A DNA stretch of 64,000 bases from Hyaloraphidium curvatum SAG 235-1 (lineage: Eukaryota > Fungi > Monoblepharomycota): NCBI GenBank assembly GCA_025558095.1, contig JAIVFI010000013.1:62001-126000 (forward strand), written 5' to 3'. The translations under genes and the position numbers were made by a program. This document shows positions 23,718-34,144 of this stretch, in pieces; positions within the stretch are counted from its first letter, which is position 1; every line of letters starts with the position of its first letter. The notes under the pieces were generated by a model. It was not told the DNA's origin, made no database searches, and was given only the letters and a program-made list of their open reading frames with translations.

Positions 23718-24940
23718 ATGGCGTGCCGGGTCGAAGCCCTCGCGGCCCATCTCCAGCCATCGAACGCGTATCCTCATCCTGTCCGCTTGTTGGACGAGCC
23801 GGAGCTGGTCCGGCGGGACCTCCGCGAGAACGGTTTCGCGGCCGTCCGCGCCGTTACCGACGCGGCCGATATCCAGGCGCTGCAGAACGGACTTTGGGAC
23901 TTCTTCGAAGGTGGCTGCCTCCGTGCCTTCTGAAGAGTGACATCGCTGACCGGCGTCGTCGTCCGGCGCGAACAAGGCACGAACCCCTCCAAAATCTCCC
24001 GCACCGACCCTTCGACGTGGGCCAAGTCCAACTGGCCCCTCACTTCGCGTGGTCTGTGTCATAGGTACCATGCCGGACACTCCGACGTTGCTTGGAAAGG
24101 GCGCACCCACCCCGGCGTCCGCAAAGCCTTCGAGATCGTCTGGGGCACCCACGAGCTGATCACCTCGTACGACGCAGTGGGGATGATGCGGCCGCCGGAG
24201 GTCCTGCGAGAGCTGGGGGAGCAGCCGCCTCCGGTGGAGCACTGGCCACATATCGACCACGACGAGGAGGGGGAGGAGGTGGAACTGGTGCAGGGCTTCT
24301 TGAACCTGTGGGAGAGCGGGCCCGACGACGGCGGCCTGGTGCAGTGGCTCGGGTCCGGGCCGGCGTTCCCGGAGAAATGGCCGGCCGAGCTCCACGAGGG
24401 CCTTAAGGGGGCGCGAATCATTGGGCGGATCGACCAGGGCGCCCTCGACCGCTCGGGGTTCCGCCGGATCAAGGCTTGCGGACCGCCGGGCACCCTGTTC
24501 CTCTGGATGTCCACCCAGATCCACTGGTGAGCTCTTCTTCCCTCATTTTGCGCCCTTTTGCTAACCATCGGTGCAGCAACGAAGCCATCAACCCCCTCCG
24601 CTCCCTCTCCATCCCCCGCCCCCGCGGCGGCCTCTACATCTGCATGTGCCCGCGTCGCCTCGTCCGTCCGTCGCAGCTGTACTCGCACGCCCTGGCCTAC
24701 AGGCTCCGGATCACTACGGGCCACAGGCCGTACCGTGTCGTGGGGTTCCGTGACCGGCCGCGTGTTCCCCCCGGCGAGGTGGATCCGATCGATTGGGACG
24801 GGATGAAGCAGGGGGAGCTGGAAGAGACGGAGGAGGTGCTGAGGCTCGCGGGGGTGTTGCCGTACCCGGGTGGGGAGGGCGAGGCGTGGGATCTAGAGGC
24901 GATGAATCTCTCCAAGCTGGACATCGTGTGGCAGGGTTAG
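23718..24940 (+). CDS. PhyH-like 2-oxoglutarate/Fe(II) dioxygenase
   Basis: Motifs LRENGFAAVRAV, RTHPGVRKAFEIVWGTHELITSYD, HxD motif WPHID, VQGFLNL...DGGL and GTLFLWMSTQIH. Two introns. Confidence 0.85.
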
Positions 24941-25077
24941 GTTTTGGAAGGACGGAGTCTTTCTGAGCGAGTGGGCTTCACTCGTTGATGCAGATGTGCG
25001 CGTGCAATGCAAAAAGTGTTATGCCTTTGTCATCCAACAACTTACAATGCCTCTGCATTCCACATTCTGAAGTCGTG

Positions 25078-26953
25078 TCAATAAGCCGCACCGTAGTCCT
25101 CGCACATCAGTTGCGCTGCGCGCTCCCCGACCGCGCACACGGCGCTCATCAGGTTTCCGGCCACGGGGTCGATCAGCGATGCATCGGCGACCCTCAGCCC
25201 GTCCACGCCCATCACCCGCGCCCGCGAGTCCACCACATCTCCGAGCCTGCACGTCCCGCACACGTGCCAGACGGTGCCCGAACACCGCCTTGCGTACTCC
25301 TCCAAGTACGCATCGCTGTCCAGCGCCCCGGCGCGGTCCTTGGTCCCCACCGCGCGCATGGCCTCGGCGAGCAGTGCCTCGTCCGCGATCTCCTCCCCCA
25401 CGGCCGGATCCCTCTCGCGCATCTGGGCGACGATGGCGCGGAGCTGCCGCATGCCCTGCACCATGTCGTCCAGGTCCTCCCGCGCGGTGTAGTACCCCGG
25501 GTCGACCAAGGGCAGGAGCAGCGGGTTGCGCCCGGCGAGGCGGACGGTGCCGCGGCTGCGGACCTTGTTGATGAAGAGCGGGAAGGCGACGTATGGCGGG
25601 AGCGACGGCGGTGGGTTGGTCAGTAGCCCCTGGGCGGCGTGCGCGGCGGGGTCGAAGGCGTCGCCCGGGGCGAGGGGTGCGAGCGGGGCCAGGAGGAGGT
25701 TGTCCTTTTGCCGGGTCTGCAGGAGGTACTCGAAGTTGGACGTCATCGGGTAGGCTTCACACCGCCGTCGTCAGTACGAAGCTCCACCGCGCTCGCTGCG
25801 GCAACCCACTCTGCATGTTCGGCGCGTAAGAAGCGCCCTCCGGCAGTCCGCGCTCCATCCGGTCCGCATAAGCCTGCCCCGACCAGAACGCCATCTCCAG
25901 CCCCGTCCCGGGCGCGAACGCGCCCTCGCGCGCCTGCTTCCAGGCCATCATCACCCCGAGGTGGTCGCCCAGGTTGTTGCCGACGGGCAGGTCCACGGCG
26001 CAGTCGATCCCGTGCTCGGCGAGGTGCGCACGTGGGCCGATGCCCGAGAGCATGAGCAGTTGGGGCGACTGCAGCGCGCCGGCGCAGACGATGACCTCGC
26101 ACGCGGCGGGGATGACGATCTCGTGGCCCTTGAAGAGGACTTCAAGGCCGGTGGCCCGCGGGCGGGACGATGTGCGGTCGAGGAGCACGCGGCAGATGTG
26201 AGCATCGAGCATAACGTGCAGGTTGGGGCGCTTGCCGATGTGCGGGTGTATGTAGCCGCGCGCCGTGTTGGCCGAGCGGACGCCGTCGGTGGGGTCGACG
26301 AACATCTGGCCGGGGCCGCCGGCGGTCTGCCTTCTGCCGTTGTAGTCGGACGGCTTGTTTGCCTTGTCAGAGACGGCGCAGCCCTGGTCGCAGCGGCCAC
26401 CCTGCCCGAGACCGACTCCCAGGGAGCGACACGAGGCGCGGAACAGGTCGGCGAGCGGCGACGGAGGCACGGTCGTGACGGCCATCGGCCCCGCGTTGCC
26501 GTGGAAGCCGGGATCGGCGGCGTCGGGGTCACCCTCGAAGCGCTCGAACCTCTTGAAGGATTCGAGCATGGCACCGTCGTAGTCCCAGCCTTGGACGCCG
26601 CGGCTTGCGATCTCGTCCCAGTCGGCGCGGTTGCCGCGGATCGCGCCGAGCCACATGATGCAGGACGTGCCGCCGAGCACCTTGCCGCGCTCGATCGGCA
26701 TGCGGTGGCCGCGCAGCTCGGGCTGCGGCGTGGAGCGGAAGCCCCAGTCGTGGTAGTTCTTTGCGTCGCGCAGCATGTCGGGCCGGTCGATGGCCGCCAC
26801 GCCTTTTGAGTCGCCTCCGGCCTCGATAACGAGCACGCTCTTGCCAGGCAACCGCTCGGACAGCCGGCCCGCGACGATGCACCCCGCCGTGCCCCCACCA
26901 CACACGATAAAGTCGGGTCGCAGCGCCTCGAGCGCCTCGCGGGTCGAAATCAT
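25078..26953 (-). CDS. GMC oxidoreductase (choline dehydrogenase / aryl-alcohol oxidase-like)
   Basis: DFIVCGGGTAG, RGKVLGGTS, AGALQSPQLLMLSGIG, VGNNLGDH, WHVCGTCRLG and GLRVADAS. One intron near 25750-25815. Confidence 0.93.
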
Positions 26954-26970
26954 GTCGGACGTGTGCGGGC

Positions 26971-27006
26971 GTTGACGACGTTGTTGACCACTCTGTTGAC
27001 CACTTC
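26971..27006. repeat. Three tandem 12-bp units GTTGAC(G/C)ACNNN in the GMC/4CL divergent intergenic region
   Basis: gttgacgacgtt gttgaccactct gttgaccacttc. Confidence 0.7.
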
Positions 27007-27186
27007 GGTGCGCGGTGGCGAAAAAGCCGGCTCCGCACGAAATATAGTCCGCGATTCAAGGCAAATACGAGGCTGCCGGCCTGGTGCCAGAGGCCTTCGC
27101 CTGCTAGTGTTTGGGGTCCAGCCTGGTGGCGACGATTGCGCGACGCAGCCGCGGTGCATGTAGGACCGTCTCCCACTATCCACAAA

Positions 27187-29282
27187 ATGGCGGGAGCGAG
27201 CGTCGAGGTCCTGCCCGACGGGCAGCGGATCTACTCCTCGCCCCTTCCGCCCATCGCCGAGCAGAAGAACGCGCACATCGTGGACTTTCTGCTCCACAGC
27301 GATGCGCCCGGCGCGTTCCCCTCTTTGTCCCCCGCGCAGCGCATGACCCCCGCGCGGCTGGCGCTGCCGGCCTTTATCGACGGCCCATCGGGCAGGACGC
27401 AGACGTACGCCGATCTGCGGCGCGACGTCGACGCGTTCGCAAAGGGCCTCGCGGCCCCGGGCACCCCCTGGGGCGGAGCCGACGAAAGCACAATCGTCGC
27501 CGTCTACTCGCCCAACCAGCTCTTCTACATGACCGTGCTCTTCGGCACGCTCCGCGCCGGCGGCACTGTGACCACCGCCAACCCGAACTACACCGCCGAC
27601 GAGCTGGCGTCGCAGCTGGAGGACTCGGGGGCGACGATCGTCGTCGCGGGCGAATCGGCGGTCGCCAAGGCGGTCAAGGCCATGGAGCGCGTCGGGCTGC
27701 CGACGTCCAACCTTTTGGTGTTGCCGGACGATGCCACGCGGCCGGGACTGAGGGGATTCGCGGCCGAGGACTTCGGGCCGGCGAGGGCGGTCTCGGTCCA
27801 CACCGTGATCGCGTCGGGGGCGGGCGTCAAGGACACGTTCATGGACGAGGAGACGGGGAAGCAGGTCCCGATCCTGCCGCCGCTGAAGTTTGCCGGGCCC
27901 GAGGACTCCAAGCAGAAGACGGCCTTCATTGTCTACTCGAGCGGGACCACGGTTGGTCACTCGTTCACGGCACATTGCCCCCTGTGTCTGACTGAGCCGT
28001 GATTCCAGGGACGGAGTAAAGGGGTCATGCTCAGCCACTACAACATCGTCAACAACTGCCTCCAGCTCGACGGCCTCGACGGGGACACCGATTACCCGAC
28101 GAACGGCGTCCGGATCATCGGCGTTCTTCCGCTCTACCACATGTGGGTCGCTCGCCGACGACCTGCGGCACATCTAACGTCCATGCCCGCCCGCCAGCTA
28201 CGGCCTCGTCGCCGTCGCGCAGCGCCCGATCCTCAGGGGGGCAACGATCGTGATCCTCCCCTCCTACTCCCTCCCCGCCTTCTGCGAGACCGTCCAGCGG
28301 TACGGCATCCAGTTTGTCCACATCGTCCCCCCGCAGCTCCTGCAGCTGGCCAAGCGCGAGGAACCCTCGCAGTACGACCTCTCCACCCTGCGCGGGGTCA
28401 TGTGCGGCGCCGCGCCCTTCTCCTTCGAGACCGTGAACGAGCTCCGGCACCGGCTCGGGAAGCCGAAGCTGCTTGTCAAGAACGCGTGGGGGATGAGCGA
28501 GCTTTCTCCCGGAGGGGCGGGGTGCTATTCCGACAGGCCGGTGCCGGAGGGGACGATCGGGGTGCCGCTGCCGAGCGTGCAGTTCCGGATCGTGGATCCC
28601 GAGACGCTGAAGGATGTGCCGGAGGGGACGGACGGGGAGCTCTGGGCGAGGGGGCCGAACGTGATGCACGGGTGGGTCGCCTAAGGGTGCTCGTGGGCGA
28701 AGGCTGATTGGGCGTCGCCTCAGGTACCTTAACCGACCGGACGCGACCGCCGAGACGATCGTCGAGGGCGGATGGCTCCGGACGGGCGATATCGTGCGCT
28801 GCGAGAAGGGCTTCTTCTTCATCACCGACCGCCTCAAGGAGTGAGAAAAGGCTCGCCCTCCGCCCTCCCGCAGCTCACCCGCCCGTACCGCAGGCTGATC
28901 AAGTTCAGCGGCCTCCAAGTGGCACCCGCGGACCTCGAAGCCGTGATCCTCACGCACCCCGACGTGCTCGACTGCGCCGTGATCCCGCTGCCGCACCCCG
29001 AGTCGGGCGAGGTGCCCAAGGCGTACGCGGTGGCAAAGCCCGGGAAGCAGGCGTTCGATCTGGCGGGCTGGGTGGCGGAGAGGGTGTCGCCGCACAAGAA
29101 GCTGAGGGGCGGGGTGGAGTGGTGCGAGGAGATCCCGAAGAGCCCGAGCGGTGGGTGGCCCGCCATCGGGAGCGCTAGCTGTAGCTGATTAACCTCCGAT
29201 TTGGGGAACAGGCAAGATTCTCAGGCGCGTGCTGGTGGACAAGGAGAAGGAGCGGGCCGAGGCCGTCAAGGCCAAGCTGTGA
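27187..29282 (+). CDS. 4-coumarate:CoA-ligase-like AMP-binding enzyme, peroxisomal (copy 1)
   Basis: YSSGTT|GRSKGV, AWGMSE, GELWARGPNVM, GWLRTGD, DRLKE|LIK and IPKSPSG|KILRR. Five introns; ends AKL* (PTS1). Confidence 0.93.
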
Positions 29283-29453
29283 TTGGCGCTGGATGGCGCG
29301 GTCGGGCGAGAGATCCGCACATATACATGTATCGCACGATGACAACATACACAAGAGCGCATGAGTGAGTTCGCCAAGTCCGGCATGGATTGAGAATGTC
29401 TTTCGCTGCCCGACCTCCTCCCGTCAAGGTTCACCTCCACCCTTTTGGTCCCC

Positions 29454-29855
29454 TCACGCGGACTGCCCCGCGGAGGCCACGATGTACCTGTAGATGACGT
29501 AGTCGGGCTCCGCCGCGGCGTAAGCCGGCCCGGGCCAGAACTGCTTCTGCTTGAAATCCGAGATCCACTGCGTGCCGTCGTACCCCTGGATGTGCCCGTG
29601 CGGGTGCTTTCCGTCGGGGCTCTGGATCACCGCGACGTCCCCGACCTGGAGGGACCCGTCCTTGGTGGCCTCGGTGGTGGTGAACCCCCATTCTTCGAGG
29701 CGGGGCCCGTAGTCCTTGGCGCTTCCGACGGGCACCTTCTTCGCGGCGCCGGCGGCCTCGAGCGCGAGGCGCACGGCCTGGGCGCACATGCCGGTCGATC
29801 TGTCCCCGGCGTTCTTCTTCAGCGTCGCGGCGAAGGCGATGGCGTTAATTGGCAT
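29454..29855 (-). CDS. NlpC/P60 (CHAP-like, T6SS Tae-like) peptidoglycan amidase, bacterial type
   Basis: 133-aa intronless ORF. Catalytic Cys in STGMCAQAVRLALEAAG and His in HPHGHIQ, plus SAKDYG, GDVAVIQ, YDGTQWISDFKQ and WPGPAY...YVIYR. Confidence 0.85.
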   Translation of the reverse strand: MPINAIAFAATLKKNAGDRSTGMCAQAVRLALEAAGAAKKVPVGSAKDYGPRLEEWGFTTTEATKDGSLQVGDVAVIQSPDGKHPHGHIQGYDGTQWISDFKQKQFWPGPAYAAAEPDYVIYRYIVASAGQSA

Positions 29856-29897
29856 CTCCGGGGCCAGGAGGTCCACAGGTTCGCTGCGTAGACGAGC

Positions 29898-30434
29898 GTG
29901 TGTAGACGGGTCTCAACCGCGTTGAGAGACCGCGCAAGCGCGCTTCTCATCACGCACCGCGAAACCCGGAAACGGTGGTTGCTCGAGATCAAGACCCTCA
30001 CCTCTATGGCCCATTTGCACACGGGCCTGGTCTTCTCGGTCCCGGGCCACGCAGTCGGACGGCGGGTCGAGGCCGCCAGGAAGGACTACTCCCGTTTCGT
30101 CTTCAACGCCAACTTCTACCCTCTGATCGTGCTTGCTTTTGATTCGTACAGCGCTGTCTCTGCCACTTTCTCGCGCTTCTCCTCGGAGATGGGGCGCATC
30201 CAGTATCCCGGGATCGTCGGCCGCGATGGGCAGCCCGTGGACCTCGATGGCCTTTACTCTCGTTTTGTGCGGCGCTTCCGCGAACGGATCGCGGTGGCCT
30301 GGGCTCTTGGCGTCGCGGCCCAACTCCAACACTGGCTTCAGCTGTGCACCGAAGCCGCCGCTGTCAACGCTCCGGCCCCCGCGCCGGTCGCATTTGGTTT
30401 GAATGTAGATGAGGAGCTGATTCTTGGGGCGTAG
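29898..30434 (+). mobile_element. 5'-truncated remnant of an RLE-type (CRE/R2-like) non-LTR retrotransposon
   Basis: The translation resembles the C-terminal restriction-like endonuclease region: LLI...WLLEIKTL...GHAVGRR...KDY...FYPLIVLAFDSY...FRERIAVA. No RT domain and no ATG start. Confidence 0.55.
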
Positions 30435-30759
30435 GGGGATTTCTAAGTGTACGGTGGGATTGCTAGCTCCTCATTACACACAAGCGCGCGCGCGTGCGGG
30501 CCCATCAATGTGACGTCGGTACCCAGCTGCTGCTGGCGACATGGATTTCTCCAACCGGTCTCACGTCAAGACATGCATGCCTAACTGGGGCAAAAGCTAC
30601 AAATTGGCTAAAAGAGGCACCGCCGTATCCAACCTTCCCTCTCGCTGGTGGATGCGCGTCCCTCTCGGCCTCCATCCAATCCCCGTAGCCCAGATCGTCC
30701 GCGTCCCCAACGAGGTGATCGAACTCTTCGTAATCGTGGTCGCTCAGATACTCCACGTT

Positions 30760-31240
30760 GGACCCTTCCTTTGGCCGCTCCGCCCGCTTCCGCCGGCCCC
30801 GCCGCGCCGCACCCACCGCCGCCGCCGGGCCAGTCACAGGCCGTGCAATCCATCGTCACGGGAGGAAAGCGGCCCCGAGCGCGGCCACAGCCACCCAGAT
30901 GCCCCAACCGGCCGACGCGCGCGGGGCGGATGCGGGCCTGCTGGTGGCTTGCCCGGCGTGGGAACCCTGGACCGTTGGAGAGGAGGTCGCCTAGGCTGCC
31001 GCTGCGACCGTCTGCGCAGCCGCGAGGACGTCCGCCCAGTCACCACCCCCGCGCGCCCCTCCAACCCGCTCGGCCGCCGGCTCCGCGGAGCCAGATCCCA
31101 GCGCGGCCAACGAGCAGTCAACCGACCGCAACGACCGACCCGCGCGCGGCGGACCGGCCGGACCCTTCCTTTGGCCGTCCCGCCCGCTCCCCGCCGCGCC
31201 GCATCCTCCGCGGCCGCCGGCCATTCACAGGCCGTCCAAT
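30760..31240. repeat. Degenerate 80-90 bp direct repeat (about 30760-30849 and 31160-31240)
   Basis: Both copies read GGACCCTTCCTTTGGCCG..CCGCCCGCT...CCGCCGCGCCGCA...GCCGCCGG..CA.TCACAGGCCGT.CAAT. Confidence 0.7.
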
Positions 31241-31869
31241 GCCTGTCTGCCCTGTGTGCTTCCTGGAGAATGCAACACGGACATGGTGACGAAAGGCGGC
31301 CCGCCCTCCGCCTGCGGAAGCGGTTGATGTGTGCTTTGTCACCCCGGGGCGGGGTTCGGCAAGGCGGGGTGGCGTCGCGCGGCGGGTGCGGGTTCTCGGG
31401 CCCCCGCGCGGCCTGGGGGAGGCGGGGAACGCGGCCGGTGGGACCAGCAAGGGCAGCGGCCGCGGCGGATGCGGGGTTCGGTGGGAAATGGCGGCCGCAG
31501 GGCCGCGGTCGGAAGGCGGGCGTCAGGGTCGCTTGGCGGCCTGGACTGGCTGGGTGGCTGGTGGATCACTTCCCGCCGTCGTCGGTTGATCGGTCTCTGG
31601 GCAGCGAATCCCGGGTGGAGGGCGGCCGCGAGCGCCGGAGAATGTTCGGGGGATAGAACGAAGGGTGCCCGTGCGGCGGATGGGCGGGGGCTGCGGATTT
31701 GAGTCACGGGAGGCACCGACATTCCAGGGGCTGACGAGTCGGTGGTTGCGGTCTACGGGCCGCCTCAGGCCCAGAGCGCCAGCCGCCTCGCCGCTCGGCC
31801 GCCCCGCTGCCCTACGACCGTTCTCATTCCATCCCCTCCTCGCCTGCTCTGGCTGCCCCGAACTCTGAG

Positions 31870-33006
31870 ATGTGCGCGGCGCCGCCGAAGCGGCCGTTCG
31901 CGTTCGGGCCCGCCGGCCGCCGGCGGCGCACCGAGTACAAGATGCTGCGGGCCGTCGGCGAGGGCGCGCAGGCGCGGTCGGTGCGCGCCGCGGTGCACCT
32001 GCCGACCGCCGGCCTGTGCGTCGTCAAGGCGTACGACCGCGCGCCCTCGGACGCGCTGCCGTGGCCGGGCCTGCCGGGCACCGCGCCGTCGCCCGACACC
32101 TTCACCCGCGAGGCGTCGGCACTCGCCGGGCTGCCGCCGCACCCCAACGTCGTGAAGCTGCTGGACGCCTTCCAGACCGCGCGCACGGGCTACATCGTCC
32201 TCGAGGCCTGCGCCGCCGACCTCGCCTCGTGCCTCGCAAGAAGGCAGGACCGCCTGCCGCTGCCCGACGCCGCACAGGCCGTCGCCGCGCTGCTCGCCGC
32301 CCTCGCCCACTCCCACGCCAACGGCATCATCCACCGCGACGTCAAGCCCGCAAACCTCCTCCTGCGCGACCCGCGCTGCTTCTCCTCGCTGTGCCTCGCG
32401 GACTTTGGCTCCTCCAAGCGCACCGACGCACCCTCCTCCCCTTCCCCCCCTCAATCTCCCCCCGCGACCCTTGCCGGCACCCCCATATACCTCGCCCCCG
32501 AGACGGTCCGCCACGGGGTCGCCGGCCCCCCGGCCGACGTCTGGGCCGCCGGCTGCGTCGCGCACGAGCTGCTCTGCGGCTCGCACCCCTTCTCCGTGGG
32601 CGAGGAGGGCGACTCCCTTTTGGAGCTGTACGAACGCATCGTCGCCTCGAACCTCGAGGTGCCGGACTGGCTGCCCCCGGGGGCGCGGGACCTCCTTTCC
32701 GGGCTGCTCCACCCGGACCCGGCGCTGCGCACCAGCGCAGCGGACGCCCTCGCTCACCCGTGGCTCTCCTCCCCCGATCTTTTCGCCGGGGACGACGACG
32801 CCGGGGTGGACTTTTTCCAGGCCGCCTCGGGCGTGGCGGTGTGCGTCAACACGGACGGGGAGCTGGTGGTGCTCCCGGACGCCCGGTGCTGCGACCAGTC
32901 CTCGGGGTCGGACCTGACGAGCGCGGTGACCGAGGCGGAGGCGGCGGCGTGGAAGGGGAGGCGGTGCGGCGGCGCGGCGGTGGCGCTTGAGGTGGCGTGC
33001 GGCTGA
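31870..33006 (+). CDS. CAMK-like Ser/Thr protein kinase (paralog 1)
   Basis: Intronless. VGEGAQA, VVK, HPNVVKL, HRDVKPANLL, DFG, LAGTPIYLAPE, DVWAAG, AHPW. Confidence 0.88.
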   Translation: MCAAPPKRPFAFGPAGRRRRTEYKMLRAVGEGAQARSVRAAVHLPTAGLCVVKAYDRAPSDALPWPGLPGTAPSPDTFTREASALAGLPPHPNVVKLLDAFQTARTGYIVLEACAADLASCLARRQDRLPLPDAAQAVAALLAALAHSHANGIIHRDVKPANLLLRDPRCFSSLCLADFGSSKRTDAPSSPSPPQSPPATLAGTPIYLAPETVRHGVAGPPADVWAAGCVAHELLCGSHPFSVGEEGDSLLELYERIVASNLEVPDWLPPGARDLLSGLLHPDPALRTSAADALAHPWLSSPDLFAGDDDAGVDFFQAASGVAVCVNTDGELVVLPDARCCDQSSGSDLTSAVTEAEAAAWKGRRCGGAAVALEVACG

Positions 33007-34144
33007 TGCTTTGGCATGGCGGGGGCGGATGCTCGTGTGCCTGGATTGTACTTTGCCGTGGGAGTGGAAATGGAGTGAATCGACGTGGCTGCCATCCGCG
33101 CTCCCGGCTCCGACCACCCTCCCCTGCGTCCCGCCTTGCCATCCAACGCCTTCGACCCGCAAGGCTTCCCCCCTCCCAACCGGCTGACCTGGCCTGGGAG
33201 AACGATCGTTCCGCTTCCCGGACCCTCTCCGCCGCGGGGAGACGATCGGACCGTTCCATCCACCGCCCCCCTTATTCCCATCCACCCGTCCGACCTGCAG
33301 CACCCCGCACCGCGATCCCCGGGCCCATCCCACGGCCCGAAACCCAGGGCCCCCATCGGCCCCGTCGGGTCCCGTCCCAGCGGCCTCGGGATGCCCGTCA
33401 GGGCCGCCGTTGCCGCCGCGGATGCCGCCCGCTCCCACCCCGTGGGACCCCGCGCCTCCTGCGCACCCCGCGGCCCGCCCCGCTCGGAACGCGGGCACCA
33501 TCGTGCCGGATGGAAGGTCCGCCGGCCGGGGTACAAATGGGGACGCGGGAAACCACCGGCGGGAACCGCGGTCGCCGCTGCGAAGGTGCCCGCCCTGAAG
33601 GGATGGGACGCGGGCCTGGGCCGCAGGCGGGAACCGCGGCGATCGCTTGGGTCGTCGCGGGTGCGGGCCGGGAGCGCGAATCGCGCGGCTTGCGGGTGTC
33701 GGAGCGGCCGATGGGTGGATCGGGAGGGGTGGGTGGAGAGGGGAAGGGCCGGGGAGCGGGGGGGCGGCGCGCCCGGGGATTGGGACGCCGCAGGTGGGTG
33801 CTGCGGGACGGGAGGGGGGCATGCAACGGACCGCAAATCGGAGGCCGGACAATGGTCAGTGGATGTTCTGCCATCGTGTTCCGGCGATTTGTGTCGGGTT
33901 TGGATGCGATTTTGTGTGCGGGGACGCTCCGATTCGTTGGTGCTTGTCTGACAGGCGGAGGTTTCGGGTCCAGCTTCAGATCTCGGAAACCCCGATCCCT
34001 GTGCACAACTGCTCAACCACCCGATGCGCCGCCCATCTTCCGCCGTGGGCCCTTGGGACCCGCCGTTCACCAGCAACATCAACCGAACACATTCCCATTC
34101 CCATTCCCGCCCCTCCGGCCCCCCGCACGTCCCGCGCGCCCGGC

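Noticed and set aside
24520-24580. In-frame TGA after TQIHW as possible selenocysteine or readthrough
   Set aside because: The TGA lies within a GTGAGC donor of a normal intron with a CTAAC branch point and CAG acceptor.
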